Shown: in pieces, positions 24,183 to 33,719 of the stretch
Layout of the letters: every line of letters starts with the position of its first letter
Position numbering within the stretch: position 1 is the stretch's first letter
Virus record (IMG/VR): IMGVR_UViG_3300032242_000488
Coordinates: 1 to 64,000 of that record
DNA length: 64,000 nt
Origin: a virus
Direction: 5' to 3' (one strand)
Program-made: the position numbers and the translations under genes
The notes under the pieces: model-generated
What the model was told of the DNA's origin: nothing
The model's input: the letters and a program-made list of their open reading frames with translations, nothing else
The model's database searches: none

Positions 24183-24762
24183 TATCGTCGATACGGTTAC
24201 TGAGCGGGTAAGATACTTGCTCAGTAACCCTCCTGCAGGATTTTCTACTCCTCGGGTGTCGGCGGAATACTATCATAAAGACCTCTTTTGTACTAAAATG
24301 CGTAATACGTATGGAACAAAAGAAATTGCAGAATTAGTTACTGAAGAAGATTCAAAATATTATGCCGATTATAGACTGCCATGGGCTTACATGAGTGCTA
24401 GCAGATATAATCTAGACTATTGGGGTTTGTACGAAATGTGTGATTATGAAGATCCATATTTTAAAGTTCCTCAAGATTATAGATTAGGATTGAATGACGG
24501 TGTTTATAAAGTAGATATGTCTATTAAAGATGCAACTATGAGAAACAGTGAAATGTATAAACCTAGTGTTGAGCATATTGTTCCTACTTCACTCGGCGGC
24601 CCGTCGAGTGATTTAAAAAATATTATGATTCTTCCTCTTAAAATTAACAAAATTTTAAGTAATCTTACTCCAACTGAGGTAGGTATTTTCTTAAAAGGTA
24701 TAAATGACAATACTTATAATCAAAGAATTTCCGAAGCAGAAAGTATGTTTTTAAAACATTGA
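24148..24762 (+). CDS. HNH-motif protein
   Basis: SVEHIVPTSLGG...NIMILPLKIN. Confidence 0.6.
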   Translation: MEMMKMNQTTNNIVDTVTERVRYLLSNPPAGFSTPRVSAEYYHKDLFCTKMRNTYGTKEIAELVTEEDSKYYADYRLPWAYMSASRYNLDYWGLYEMCDYEDPYFKVPQDYRLGLNDGVYKVDMSIKDATMRNSEMYKPSVEHIVPTSLGGPSSDLKNIMILPLKINKILSNLTPTEVGIFLKGINDNTYNQRISEAESMFLKH

Positions 24763-24783
24763 TATTTAATATAAGGAATAATT

Positions 24784-25014
24784 ATGAAAGTTGTTAGCAT
24801 ATCAGATAAGAGTAAAGAAAAAAAGAAAGCGGATCTTTTAGAGATTCTCGATCACCTACGTGCTCAAGTAGAAGAAGGAACCATTACTGAGTTTGTAGCC
24901 GCTAGCATAGATGAAGAAGGTGACGTACAAATACATGCGGCCTGCGCTGATTTTCCGGGTGCGGTTGGTCTGTTTGAAATTGGTAAACACATTCTAATTA
25001 CACAGGAAGCATAA
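24784..25014 (+). CDS. hypothetical protein
   Basis: AAGGA RBS. Confidence 0.65.
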   Translation: MKVVSISDKSKEKKKADLLEILDHLRAQVEEGTITEFVAASIDEEGDVQIHAACADFPGAVGLFEIGKHILITQEA

Positions 25015-25712
25015 TGTCTAGCCTAAAAGAAATGCCTTTTGCAGTGGTAGAGGCATTGAGTTTTGCCTGTTGTATCTATAGAGAAAAAGGCTATACCAGT
25101 GCGAGCAGTTATACAGCAGGAGATCAGCAGACTTATACTAATAAGGACATGCTGACCTTTGAACTCATGCCACAGCTTGCCGGAAGCACATATCTACTAA
25201 AGTTTACACCTACAGTAGAAGACATTGATCAAGCGTTGGCCATTATCAAACACTTCCGCAAGTTGAGTTTTGGTGTTATTGGTGATACACTCAATGACTA
25301 CATGGGCAGAGTATTCAGTGTTACTCAAAATGAAAACATCACAATGAAAGACTTTGGAGTGCTGGCCAGCGTTCCACAAGTGTATGATCGTGAAATAAAC
25401 GAGAAACAGGTCAAGGCCGCAATCAAAGACACAGTAAAAGCCTACTTGGGACAAGAGGGTGATACGATTGTACTCAATATCCGATACATACAGAGCAAAC
25501 CTGTTCCACAGATTGGCTGTTTTAGTCATACTGCTATTACTGATGGCAACTATTTGGTAAGTTTTTTGAGCAAAGAACTACTAGGCATTGCTGGTTCTAG
25601 TCAACAAATACGAGCCAAAGTCAAAAAACATTCAGTAAACTTTACCTCCAAAACGCCCGAAACACAGTTAAATTATGTCAAAGTACTTGACAGAGAGTTT
25701 GTTTGGCAGTAA
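25014..25712 (+). CDS. hypothetical protein, possible C-terminal OB fold
   Basis: Coupled ORF; AKVKKH...ETQLNYVK ending. Confidence 0.6.
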   Translation: MSSLKEMPFAVVEALSFACCIYREKGYTSASSYTAGDQQTYTNKDMLTFELMPQLAGSTYLLKFTPTVEDIDQALAIIKHFRKLSFGVIGDTLNDYMGRVFSVTQNENITMKDFGVLASVPQVYDREINEKQVKAAIKDTVKAYLGQEGDTIVLNIRYIQSKPVPQIGCFSHTAITDGNYLVSFLSKELLGIAGSSQQIRAKVKKHSVNFTSKTPETQLNYVKVLDREFVWQ

Positions 25713-25739
25713 AATATAATTTTAAATAGAAAGAATACC

Positions 25740-27068
25740 ATGAGCGATCCTTGCCAAAATGTATTGTCCACACTAGAAGATCATAATAGTCGTTTGGACA
25801 AAGAAGCTATTATACTAGCACAAGCCGAAGCAGGTAATCATCAGTTCTTTCAAGGGTGCCGAATGGCATTCGATGCAATGGTCACATTTGGCCTAAAACA
25901 GATACCGGAGAAAACAGATGAGGATGGCCCTGGGTTTAGTTGGGATAGTTTTATTGTGCTTGCTGGCCGTTTACGCAATCGTGACCTCACCGGTAACAAT
26001 GCCCGTGATGCCGTTGCTCAAGCCATAACACAGGCAACAAAGAGTCAATGGAATGGATGGTACCGACGCATCCTTATCAAGGACTTGCGAGCAGGTTTCA
26101 GTGAGAAAACAATCAACAAAGTGGTGGAGAAGAAATATGCTGACTATGCTATTCCTGTATTCAGTTGTCAGCTTGCTCACGATAGTGCTAATCATGAGTC
26201 GAAGGTATCGGGCAAAAAACTTATCGAAGTTAAACTCGATGGCGTTCGAGTTATTACTATTGTACGTAGTGATGGTCGGGTGGATATGTTCAGTCGAAAT
26301 GGTAAAGAACTTGCTAATTTTCCGCACATTGTAGAACAGATTAGTAACGTAATCAAACAAAAAGGTTCTAGCAAGAGTATGGATGTAGTGCTAGACGGTG
26401 AGATTATGTCTAGCAGTTTCCAAGACTTGATGACACAAGTGCATCGTAAGAGTGATGTTAAGGCCAATGATGCTATCCTTAACCTGTTTGACGTACTGCC
26501 CTTAGAAGATTTTGAAAAAGGTTTCTACGACAAGGATCAGACCACACGTAGTAAAATGGTACAGTTTTGGGTAGAGACTAATCATGCCTTGTTGCCTAAT
26601 GTTACATGTCTTGCTAACGAGTTGGTTGATTTAGATACACCAGAAGGACAGTTACGTTTCAAAGAAATTAACGCACAGGCCATCGTTGGCGGTTATGAAG
26701 GCATCATGATCAAAGATCCAACTGCTGGTTATGAATGTAAACGTAGTGTCTCTTGGTTAAAGTTGAAACCATTTATTGAAGTCTCTTTGGAGGTTAAAGA
26801 TGTTGAAGAAGGTACAGGAAAAAATATTGGACGTCTCGGTGCTCTTGTATGCGAGGGTATTGACGATGGCAAATCAATTCGAGTCAATGTGGGAAGTGGT
26901 TTTACTGATGATCATCGCATTAGTTATTGGAATGCTAGGGATAGTCTCGCTGGTAACATTGTAGAAGTACGTGCTGATGCTGTAACACAAAATCAAGACG
27001 GAACATATAGTTTGCGCTTCCCTCGCTTTAAGGGATTCAGGGGCTTTGAGCCCGGAGAGAAAATATGA
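25740..27068 (+). CDS. ATP-dependent DNA ligase
   Basis: KLDGVR, DGEI, FD, EGIMIK, WLKLK, SLRFPRF motifs. Confidence 0.95.
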   Translation: MSDPCQNVLSTLEDHNSRLDKEAIILAQAEAGNHQFFQGCRMAFDAMVTFGLKQIPEKTDEDGPGFSWDSFIVLAGRLRNRDLTGNNARDAVAQAITQATKSQWNGWYRRILIKDLRAGFSEKTINKVVEKKYADYAIPVFSCQLAHDSANHESKVSGKKLIEVKLDGVRVITIVRSDGRVDMFSRNGKELANFPHIVEQISNVIKQKGSSKSMDVVLDGEIMSSSFQDLMTQVHRKSDVKANDAILNLFDVLPLEDFEKGFYDKDQTTRSKMVQFWVETNHALLPNVTCLANELVDLDTPEGQLRFKEINAQAIVGGYEGIMIKDPTAGYECKRSVSWLKLKPFIEVSLEVKDVEEGTGKNIGRLGALVCEGIDDGKSIRVNVGSGFTDDHRISYWNARDSLAGNIVEVRADAVTQNQDGTYSLRFPRFKGFRGFEPGEKI

Positions 27069-27673
27069 AACAAGAACTAGACGCATTGCTATGCGAGAAG
27101 TATCCTAAGATGATGATCAACCGCAACAAGGACATGAAAGAAACTTGTATGTGTTGGGGCTTTGAGTGCGGTGATGGTTGGTATAATATCCTTAACCAAC
27201 TTATGGGCAATATCCAACATCACATCGATTGGAAACAAAAACAGCATGATTGGGCCGTCAAGTATAACGAAATGGCACAAGCTGGCAAGAGTGGTAATGC
27301 GGAATTGTTTGCTGATTTGGTTGCTAAAGAGTACGCAGACCAGCCAACTATCGGTGCAGACTACATCCGTGAACGTTGCAAAGAAATGATTAAGAATCCT
27401 TTGCGTGATGTTCCAGAACTTGTTCCCCAAGTGACATTAGATCAAGTAAAAGAAAAGTTTGGTACCTTGCGTTTTTACTACACAGGCGGTGATGACTATA
27501 TTAGAGGAATGGTTACTATGGCAGAAGCTATGAGTGGCACCACTTGCGAGAGCTGTGGCAATCCTGGAGAACGTAAAGGTGGAGGTTGGGTGCGTACTAT
27601 TTGCCAACCCTGCGAAACTAAACGTGAAGAAGAACGTGCTCGATACGCAAAGCAAAATGGCTTTGAAGAATGA
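27065..27673 (+). CDS. conserved phage hypothetical protein
   Basis: ECGDGW, QVKEKFGTLRFY, CESCG...C. Confidence 0.7.
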   Translation: MKQELDALLCEKYPKMMINRNKDMKETCMCWGFECGDGWYNILNQLMGNIQHHIDWKQKQHDWAVKYNEMAQAGKSGNAELFADLVAKEYADQPTIGADYIRERCKEMIKNPLRDVPELVPQVTLDQVKEKFGTLRFYYTGGDDYIRGMVTMAEAMSGTTCESCGNPGERKGGGWVRTICQPCETKREEERARYAKQNGFEE

Positions 27674-27722
27674 CACACAAGGACACTTAGGTGTCAAATC
27701 AATAAAGCCCACGTTTGAAGTT

Positions 27723-28010
27723 ATGGTATTTGACGGTGTAGCTCATCGAATACACAAAGCAACAGTACACAGATTCCTAATGGGAGATGTCGAAGATCCG
27801 GACTTGTATGCAGGCGAACCACTTTGGAAATGGCAACAAAGTGAGATGGGACAGTGGGTTATGGCTCGAGCGGTTGACACGCCTGAATGGCACAGAATGG
27901 CAGACATGATGAACTATGGCTACCAATATGCCATTGTTGCCAAACTAAAAGAAAAAGATTACACCTATTGGATTCTTAAATGGGGTAATGATGTTGACAA
28001 AAAACGTTAA
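27723..28010 (+). CDS. hypothetical protein
   Basis: 3' part of the 27534 ORF; start uncertain. Confidence 0.5.
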   Translation: MVFDGVAHRIHKATVHRFLMGDVEDPDLYAGEPLWKWQQSEMGQWVMARAVDTPEWHRMADMMNYGYQYAIVAKLKEKDYTYWILKWGNDVDKKR

Positions 28011-28028
28011 ATGTAGTATAATACTAAT

Positions 28029-28889
28029 ATGAAAATCAAACTTGTATCAGACTTGCACTTGGAGTTTAGTGACATTAACATCACTAATGACGACAACTGC
28101 GATGTCCTTATTCTAGGTGGCGACATTATGATCGCACAGGATCTACACGATCATCCAGAGTTGAGCAATACTGCCGATCAACGGGCTATTGCCGCGGGTA
28201 CTGGGTTGGGCCGTAGACAAGAACGTGCTCAAAGATTCCGCGACTTTTTTAAGCGTTGTTCATTCCAGTTTCCTCATGTAATCTACATTGCAGGTAACCA
28301 TGAATTTTATAATGGAAAGTTCTATGCTGGTATTGACTACCTGCGTGAAGAGTGCGCCAAGTATCCCAACATTTACTTTTTAGAATGTGATACTAAGGTC
28401 ATCGACGATGTGACATTTATTGGCGGTACACTCTGGACTGACATGAACAAGGGTGATCCTTTGACCATGCATGCCATTGAAGGTATGATGAACGATTTTC
28501 GTATCATCCGCAACGACTTTAGAAACTATGCCCCTATGAGTGCTAGGGACGTTGCTGGCCGCCATGCTAGAACATTGCAGTACTTTAGAAGTGTACTTGC
28601 AGAACAGCATGACAAGAAGTTTGTTGTGGTTGGGCACCACAGTCCTAGTTTCCAAAGTGCTCATGAAATGTATAAGCATGAAACATTGATGAACGGTGGC
28701 TATCACAGTGATTTGAGTGAGTTCATTTTGGATCACCCGCAGATCAAACTGTGGACACATGGTCATACCCATCACCCTTTTGACTACATGATTGGTGAAA
28801 CTCGTGTTGTATGCAACCCACGTGGTTATGAAAACGACGGTTACAGCGAGGACACTGGCTGGAACCCTAACATAGTATTGGAAGTATAA
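28029..28889 (+). CDS. calcineurin-like metallophosphoesterase
   Basis: SDLHLE, GD, GNHE, HHSP, HGHTH, NPRGY; promoter TTGACA-N17-TATAAT at 27994-28022. Confidence 0.9.
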   Translation: MKIKLVSDLHLEFSDINITNDDNCDVLILGGDIMIAQDLHDHPELSNTADQRAIAAGTGLGRRQERAQRFRDFFKRCSFQFPHVIYIAGNHEFYNGKFYAGIDYLREECAKYPNIYFLECDTKVIDDVTFIGGTLWTDMNKGDPLTMHAIEGMMNDFRIIRNDFRNYAPMSARDVAGRHARTLQYFRSVLAEQHDKKFVVVGHHSPSFQSAHEMYKHETLMNGGYHSDLSEFILDHPQIKLWTHGHTHHPFDYMIGETRVVCNPRGYENDGYSEDTGWNPNIVLEV

Positions 28890-29329
28890 TGAAAATCGGA
28901 CTTAGTTATAGCCGTTGCGTTAGAGATATCGTCGACGGTAAGGTGGACATCGACGATGTTCTAGTGTTAATCACTCGTACAGATTTTGATCCGCGTGATG
29001 CAGATCAGTGGCAAGGTATTTGGGAAGGCTACGGTGGCGGAACCGACAATGCTTACAGCAGTGGATTCTTTAGTACGAGTAATCCTGAATGGGCGGGATA
29101 CCACGATGAGGATCAGTTTCGATCAGTAAGTATTGAACTATGGGAAAGTGGTAAACTGCACCAGCCACGCAAATTTGGCACACACCCACAGCGTCGGCCT
29201 GAGATTTGGTTAGAGGCAGTCTTGCCTAGCAGTGAACTAGAACGTAACCCTGCGGCTAAGACAGCTTGGGACAAGTTCCAGATGATAGCTGGATTGACTA
29301 ACGTAGAATTGGATGACAAGTACAAATGA
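28889..29329 (+). CDS. hypothetical protein
   Basis: Coupled ORF. Confidence 0.65.
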   Translation: MKIGLSYSRCVRDIVDGKVDIDDVLVLITRTDFDPRDADQWQGIWEGYGGGTDNAYSSGFFSTSNPEWAGYHDEDQFRSVSIELWESGKLHQPRKFGTHPQRRPEIWLEAVLPSSELERNPAAKTAWDKFQMIAGLTNVELDDKYK

Positions 29330-29694
29330 TTAAAGGATTAATGGGAACCACCGGTATAACAGTAGCAGGCGGCAACACAAGCCTGCCCTACGTTAGCCAA
29401 AGTGGCACTAACCCTATACAGGGTATGATTCGCATATGGGGGTCGGATATGCAAGTGTTTGACGGCAACAGTTGGATGAATCTCAGCTCTAGTTATGCCA
29501 CTGTGAGTTTAGACCCAGAAACACAGGACTTGTTACAATGGGCACGTACACAAAGAACTCTACAGTTGAACAGACAAACACTATTAAAAAATAATCCTGC
29601 ACTTGCGAAAGCCTATGAAGCTGTTTTACGTGCAGAAGAAAACTTTGATTTACTTGCAACCATTGCTGGAGAATACGAGCATGTCGAACGTTAA
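29326..29694 (+). CDS. hypothetical protein
   Basis: ATGA-coupled ORF. Confidence 0.6.
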   Translation: MIKGLMGTTGITVAGGNTSLPYVSQSGTNPIQGMIRIWGSDMQVFDGNSWMNLSSSYATVSLDPETQDLLQWARTQRTLQLNRQTLLKNNPALAKAYEAVLRAEENFDLLATIAGEYEHVER

Positions 29695-29917
29695 GATTAG
29701 ATACGGCGATCAATGTAGTGTTAAAAACATTGCCAGTGGTAAAAGCGTTGACGCAGAAGTTATGTCCTTTAACGAAGGTCGTAATCTAACAGTTGTCCTA
29801 AACAAAAGCGTAAAGATTCTTATGAACTGGAATGGTCGTATGTATGAAGGACGTTCAGCAGGTATGGACTTTACCAGCGACGGACCTAAGGGTCAACAAT
29901 ATTCGGAGGGAAGATGA
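29681..29917 (+). CDS. hypothetical protein
   Basis: GGAG RBS before MSNVKIRY. Confidence 0.6.
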   Translation: MSNVKIRYGDQCSVKNIASGKSVDAEVMSFNEGRNLTVVLNKSVKILMNWNGRMYEGRSAGMDFTSDGPKGQQYSEGR

Positions 29918-30627
29918 GCAACGTATTAGAAGTAACTGATTGGATCAAAGACTTTGAGCTGTCAACAACCTATAACGAAAAACCCGAAACTTATAAGTTT
30001 GATCTGTTAGAAGCGGCTGTTGTTCTATATGATCATGCTCCGGCATTTTTAAGCATTGAGGAATCAAGAGTATTAGATGCTATCGATCAATCAGTTAAAG
30101 ATCGTGCAGAAGCCATTCGCAAGTTTTATACCAAGCAATGGTTTTGGACTTCACTGTCAAGTAATAGAAGCATGAGCGCATTCCGTCAACGTGCTCACTA
30201 CCTGTTGGAAAGCCGAACTCGAGAGGTCTTGAAGAAGGATATAGGTATATATGTAAAACTACCATGGTTCTACGAAGAAGATATGATCTATAACGATTTT
30301 AAAAAGACATTAAAGACAACCAAAGATATTCCAACTGTTAATCACGGCAGGAACAAAGTAGAAGTTGCTATTAAATTTTTAAAGACATCAAATGGTTGGC
30401 AAGGCAAACGTCGAACAACCAAGTATTGGTTTAAAGATGACCGTGACTATCTGTATTGTATCGATTTAGAAATGACCAACCCTCTAATGAGCATGTTTGA
30501 CGAAGCTGTTAAAGAACGTAGCACTTGCAAATTTGAAACAGTCATACAGACTGATCGCATTGATCAACTATATTTTTACAAACTACACCAATATAAACTC
30601 TTAAAGGAAACAAATGAAATTTCGTAA
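29914..30627 (+). CDS. hypothetical protein
   Basis: GGAGG RBS, coupled. Confidence 0.65.
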   Translation: MSNVLEVTDWIKDFELSTTYNEKPETYKFDLLEAAVVLYDHAPAFLSIEESRVLDAIDQSVKDRAEAIRKFYTKQWFWTSLSSNRSMSAFRQRAHYLLESRTREVLKKDIGIYVKLPWFYEEDMIYNDFKKTLKTTKDIPTVNHGRNKVEVAIKFLKTSNGWQGKRRTTKYWFKDDRDYLYCIDLEMTNPLMSMFDEAVKERSTCKFETVIQTDRIDQLYFYKLHQYKLLKETNEIS

Positions 30628-30898
30628 GAAGCCGGTTGTTATAGAAGCCGTACAATTTTTCTTTACAGATGAATCAGTATCGCAGTTAGAAGAATTCTGC
30701 GGAGAATCTCTAGGCAACATTCGAAAAGAGCATGACACTAGTCCTGCTGAAGCAGAGATTCGTACATTAGAAGATGGAACCCATCTAACTGTTAAACATA
30801 TTGCCACTGAAGGTGATTGGATTATTAAGGGTGTGCAAGGTGAGTTCTATGCTTGCAAGTCAGATATTTTTGAACAAACATATGAAAAGGTAGAATAA
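30614..30898 (+). CDS. conserved phage protein
   Basis: [14 protein letters not shown]...TLE...[25 protein letters not shown], a common phage family pattern. Confidence 0.75.
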   Translation: MKFRKKPVVIEAVQFFFTDESVSQLEEFCGESLGNIRKEHDTSPAEAEIRTLEDGTHLTVKHIATEGDWIIKGVQGEFYACKSDIFEQTYEKVE

Positions 30899-30899
30899 G

Positions 30900-31493
30900 A
30901 TGTCCAATTTAGTACCAATGGTAGTTGAGTCTACTAGTAAAGGTGAACGTGCATATGACATTTACTCACGTTTATTAAAAGATCGTATTGTCATGTTAGA
31001 CACAGATGTTAACGAACATTCTGCTAGCCTAGTGGTTGCACAAATGCTGTTCTTAGAAAGCGAAGATCCAAACAAGGACATTAGTTTCTTTATCAACAGT
31101 CCGGGTGGTGTTATCACTGCTGGTATGGCCATCTATGACACGATGCAGTTTATCAAGTGTGATGTGCAGACCATTGTTATGGGACAGGCTTGTAGCATGG
31201 GATCGTTCTTAGCCCAGGCGGGTGCGGCAGGCAAGCGTAAAATACTGCCATATGCTCGTCATATGATCCATCAGCCTAGTGGGGGCGCTCGAGGTATGCA
31301 AAGCGACATTGAAATCCAATACAAAGAGATCACCAAGATGAAGACTATCTTAACTGAACTCTATGTTAAACATAATACCAAGGGCAAGACCTATGCAGAC
31401 TTTGAACGCGATATGGATCGTGATACCTTTATGTCAGCACAAGAGTCACTAGACTACGGTCTATGTGATGAGATTATTACTAAACGCCCATGA
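30900..31493 (+). CDS. clpP: ATP-dependent Clp protease proteolytic subunit
   Basis: [35 protein letters not shown]. Confidence 0.95.
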   Translation: MSNLVPMVVESTSKGERAYDIYSRLLKDRIVMLDTDVNEHSASLVVAQMLFLESEDPNKDISFFINSPGGVITAGMAIYDTMQFIKCDVQTIVMGQACSMGSFLAQAGAAGKRKILPYARHMIHQPSGGARGMQSDIEIQYKEITKMKTILTELYVKHNTKGKTYADFERDMDRDTFMSAQESLDYGLCDEIITKRP

Positions 31494-32056
31494 CCGTACT
31501 GTTTGAACACGGCTGGGAAACAGTTGAAACTTTTGACTTCAGTAGCCTAATCACTGCTGAGGATCAAAGGCTTGCAATGACTGATATTGAGAGAGTTATT
31601 GCCGATGGTAACTATTTTAAAAATAGTCCTGCCTATCAAACTAATATCAATATCTTCAATCATCCCGGAGAACATTGGTTAAAGTTTAGAATGAGCTTTA
31701 CATTCAGTTGCTTTATGTATCTAAAGAAAGAAGTAAAGATTGATCAAATACAGGCATGGAGTTTTATGACTTCAAATGCGATTGTAGAGGACAGAGATAA
31801 TCTTTGGCACACACATCAATACGGAAGTGAACGAGCATTATCAGGTATTTGGTATTTGCATATCCCAGATGATGTTGAAGATAAAAGCCAGTGCGGTACA
31901 GAGTTTGCCGTCAACGGCGTAGATAATCCCGAACGTTGGGTGGCACCTCCACAGGACTTTAGTTGGCTAATCTATCCGGGTAAAACTTGGCACAGACCCA
32001 TGCCTCCACAATCAAGTAAAAACAGATTTATCATTGCCGCTGATATGGTATTTTAA
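31490..32056 (+). CDS. 2OG-Fe(II) oxygenase-like protein
   Basis: WHTH...LSGIWYL...GTEF...WHRP...RFIIA. Confidence 0.6.
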   Translation: MTVLFEHGWETVETFDFSSLITAEDQRLAMTDIERVIADGNYFKNSPAYQTNINIFNHPGEHWLKFRMSFTFSCFMYLKKEVKIDQIQAWSFMTSNAIVEDRDNLWHTHQYGSERALSGIWYLHIPDDVEDKSQCGTEFAVNGVDNPERWVAPPQDFSWLIYPGKTWHRPMPPQSSKNRFIIAADMVF

Positions 32057-32063
32057 GGAACAT

Positions 32064-32369
32064 ATGACAAATATAACAGATGTAGTAGACTTTAACGAAA
32101 CATGGTACTCAACAGCTACCGAAGAAGAACGTAAAACATTTCGTGAATGGCTACTAGGCGTACTCAATCAGCACGAGACCGTAACCGTTACCTTTAAGAA
32201 AGTGGACGGAACTATTCGTGAAATGAAGTGTACGCTCAAAGAAGGTGTTCGGCCAGAAGTAAAAGATCCAAAAACTTCGGACACATTATGCACAGTTTGG
32301 GCAACGGATGTCACTGCTTGGCGCAGTTTCAAGTTCGAAAACATTACCAAAATCGACTTTAGCCTCTAA
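32064..32369 (+). CDS. WYL-like/SH3-fold small protein
   Basis: VTFKKVDGTIREMKCTL...WRSFK. Confidence 0.6.
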   Translation: MTNITDVVDFNETWYSTATEEERKTFREWLLGVLNQHETVTVTFKKVDGTIREMKCTLKEGVRPEVKDPKTSDTLCTVWATDVTAWRSFKFENITKIDFSL

Positions 32370-32446
32370 GTCTAGCCCAAAATAGGTTGACAAAGCGGCC
32401 GTTTGACTATATAATATGTTTATTGTTTAGTTAACTAGGAGCAAAA

Positions 32447-33652
32447 ATGGCAACAAAGACAGCAACAAAAACTCGTGTAACCAAAAAGCAAGTTACAGCC
32501 CACCGTACTCGTGCAGTTAAAGACCACAGTCCTGTTTGGGAAGGTTGCGAAACTTGGGATGACAATACATTCCACCGTCACTTTAAACGCTCAATGGATT
32601 ACTATCGCCTAGAATCCGAAATTAAAACTTACAAGCCAACAGTGGTCAAATGGATGGAAACTGTAGGTTGTACCAAAGATGATATTGCGGCTTTCAAGAA
32701 AGTCAAAGACAATCGTATCAATACCACAATGGGTGCTGTTGCCGCTTGTTTGAATCGTGGCATGACTCCACAGCGTCCTGGTTTCAATAACGGCCGAGAT
32801 ACAGCCGCTTGGTTACGTGCTGAGATTGTTAAGGTACTTGCAGAAGGCAAGGACGACGTTGATCCAGAAACACTAGCCGCTGAGAAAGAAGCCGCTAAGG
32901 CCCAAGTCTATACTCCTTCAATCCAAGAACGTCTACGTGAAGTTGCACTTGGCATGACTGATGAGATTGAAAAGGCCTATGAGTCTTTTAGTATGGATCC
33001 AGAAAACTTTGATCCAAAAGCATTTAAGGTTCTTAACTTATTGAAGAGTCAGCAGGCAAAGGCCGCACATGCTCGCGTCATTCGCGACTTTTATGCTCAA
33101 GACCTAGCAGAGTTAGAAGAACTTGCCAGTGGCAAAGCAGACGAACAGTTACGTGAAGGTTACTCACACCGTAGCAAAAAGCAAATTAAGGCATTCATTG
33201 CGTTTTTAACTGAAGTGCAAAATGCCTGCACAATGCTCATGCAAGAAGCCAAAGTTAACCGGGCGCCACGTGCTAAGAAGGCGGTTCCTGCAGAAAAGAT
33301 TGTTGGCAAACTCAAATACATGAAGACTAACGAGCCGTTGAAGTTGGTTAGTATTAACCCTGCAGATATTCTGGGTGCAAAAGAGCTGTGGGTTTACAAT
33401 ACCAAGAACCGCAAGTTGGGTCGTTATGTGGCCAAAGAGTACGGCGACCTTGGTGTAAAAGGTGCTAGTATTATTAACTTTGATGAAAATCTCAGCATAC
33501 AAAAGACTGTACGCAAACCAGAAGAAAAACTCAAAGAGTTTAAAGCCGCTGGTAAGGTTGCATTGCGTAAGTTCTTAGACGAGATTAATGCTACAGATAC
33601 CAAGTTAAACGGTCGTCTTAACGAAGAAACACTACTGCTCAAAGTACAGTAA
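32447..33652 (+). CDS. conserved phage hypothetical protein
   Basis: AGGAG RBS; promoter TTGACA-N17-TATAAT at 32387-32415. Confidence 0.75.
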   Translation: MATKTATKTRVTKKQVTAHRTRAVKDHSPVWEGCETWDDNTFHRHFKRSMDYYRLESEIKTYKPTVVKWMETVGCTKDDIAAFKKVKDNRINTTMGAVAACLNRGMTPQRPGFNNGRDTAAWLRAEIVKVLAEGKDDVDPETLAAEKEAAKAQVYTPSIQERLREVALGMTDEIEKAYESFSMDPENFDPKAFKVLNLLKSQQAKAAHARVIRDFYAQDLAELEELASGKADEQLREGYSHRSKKQIKAFIAFLTEVQNACTMLMQEAKVNRAPRAKKAVPAEKIVGKLKYMKTNEPLKLVSINPADILGAKELWVYNTKNRKLGRYVAKEYGDLGVKGASIINFDENLSIQKTVRKPEEKLKEFKAAGKVALRKFLDEINATDTKLNGRLNEETLLLKVQ

Positions 33653-33719
33653 GAGCTGTTTATGTGTTACTAAACCAACTTTACAGGCATAGATAAATAC
33701 TCTAAAGTGGAGTATTTCT

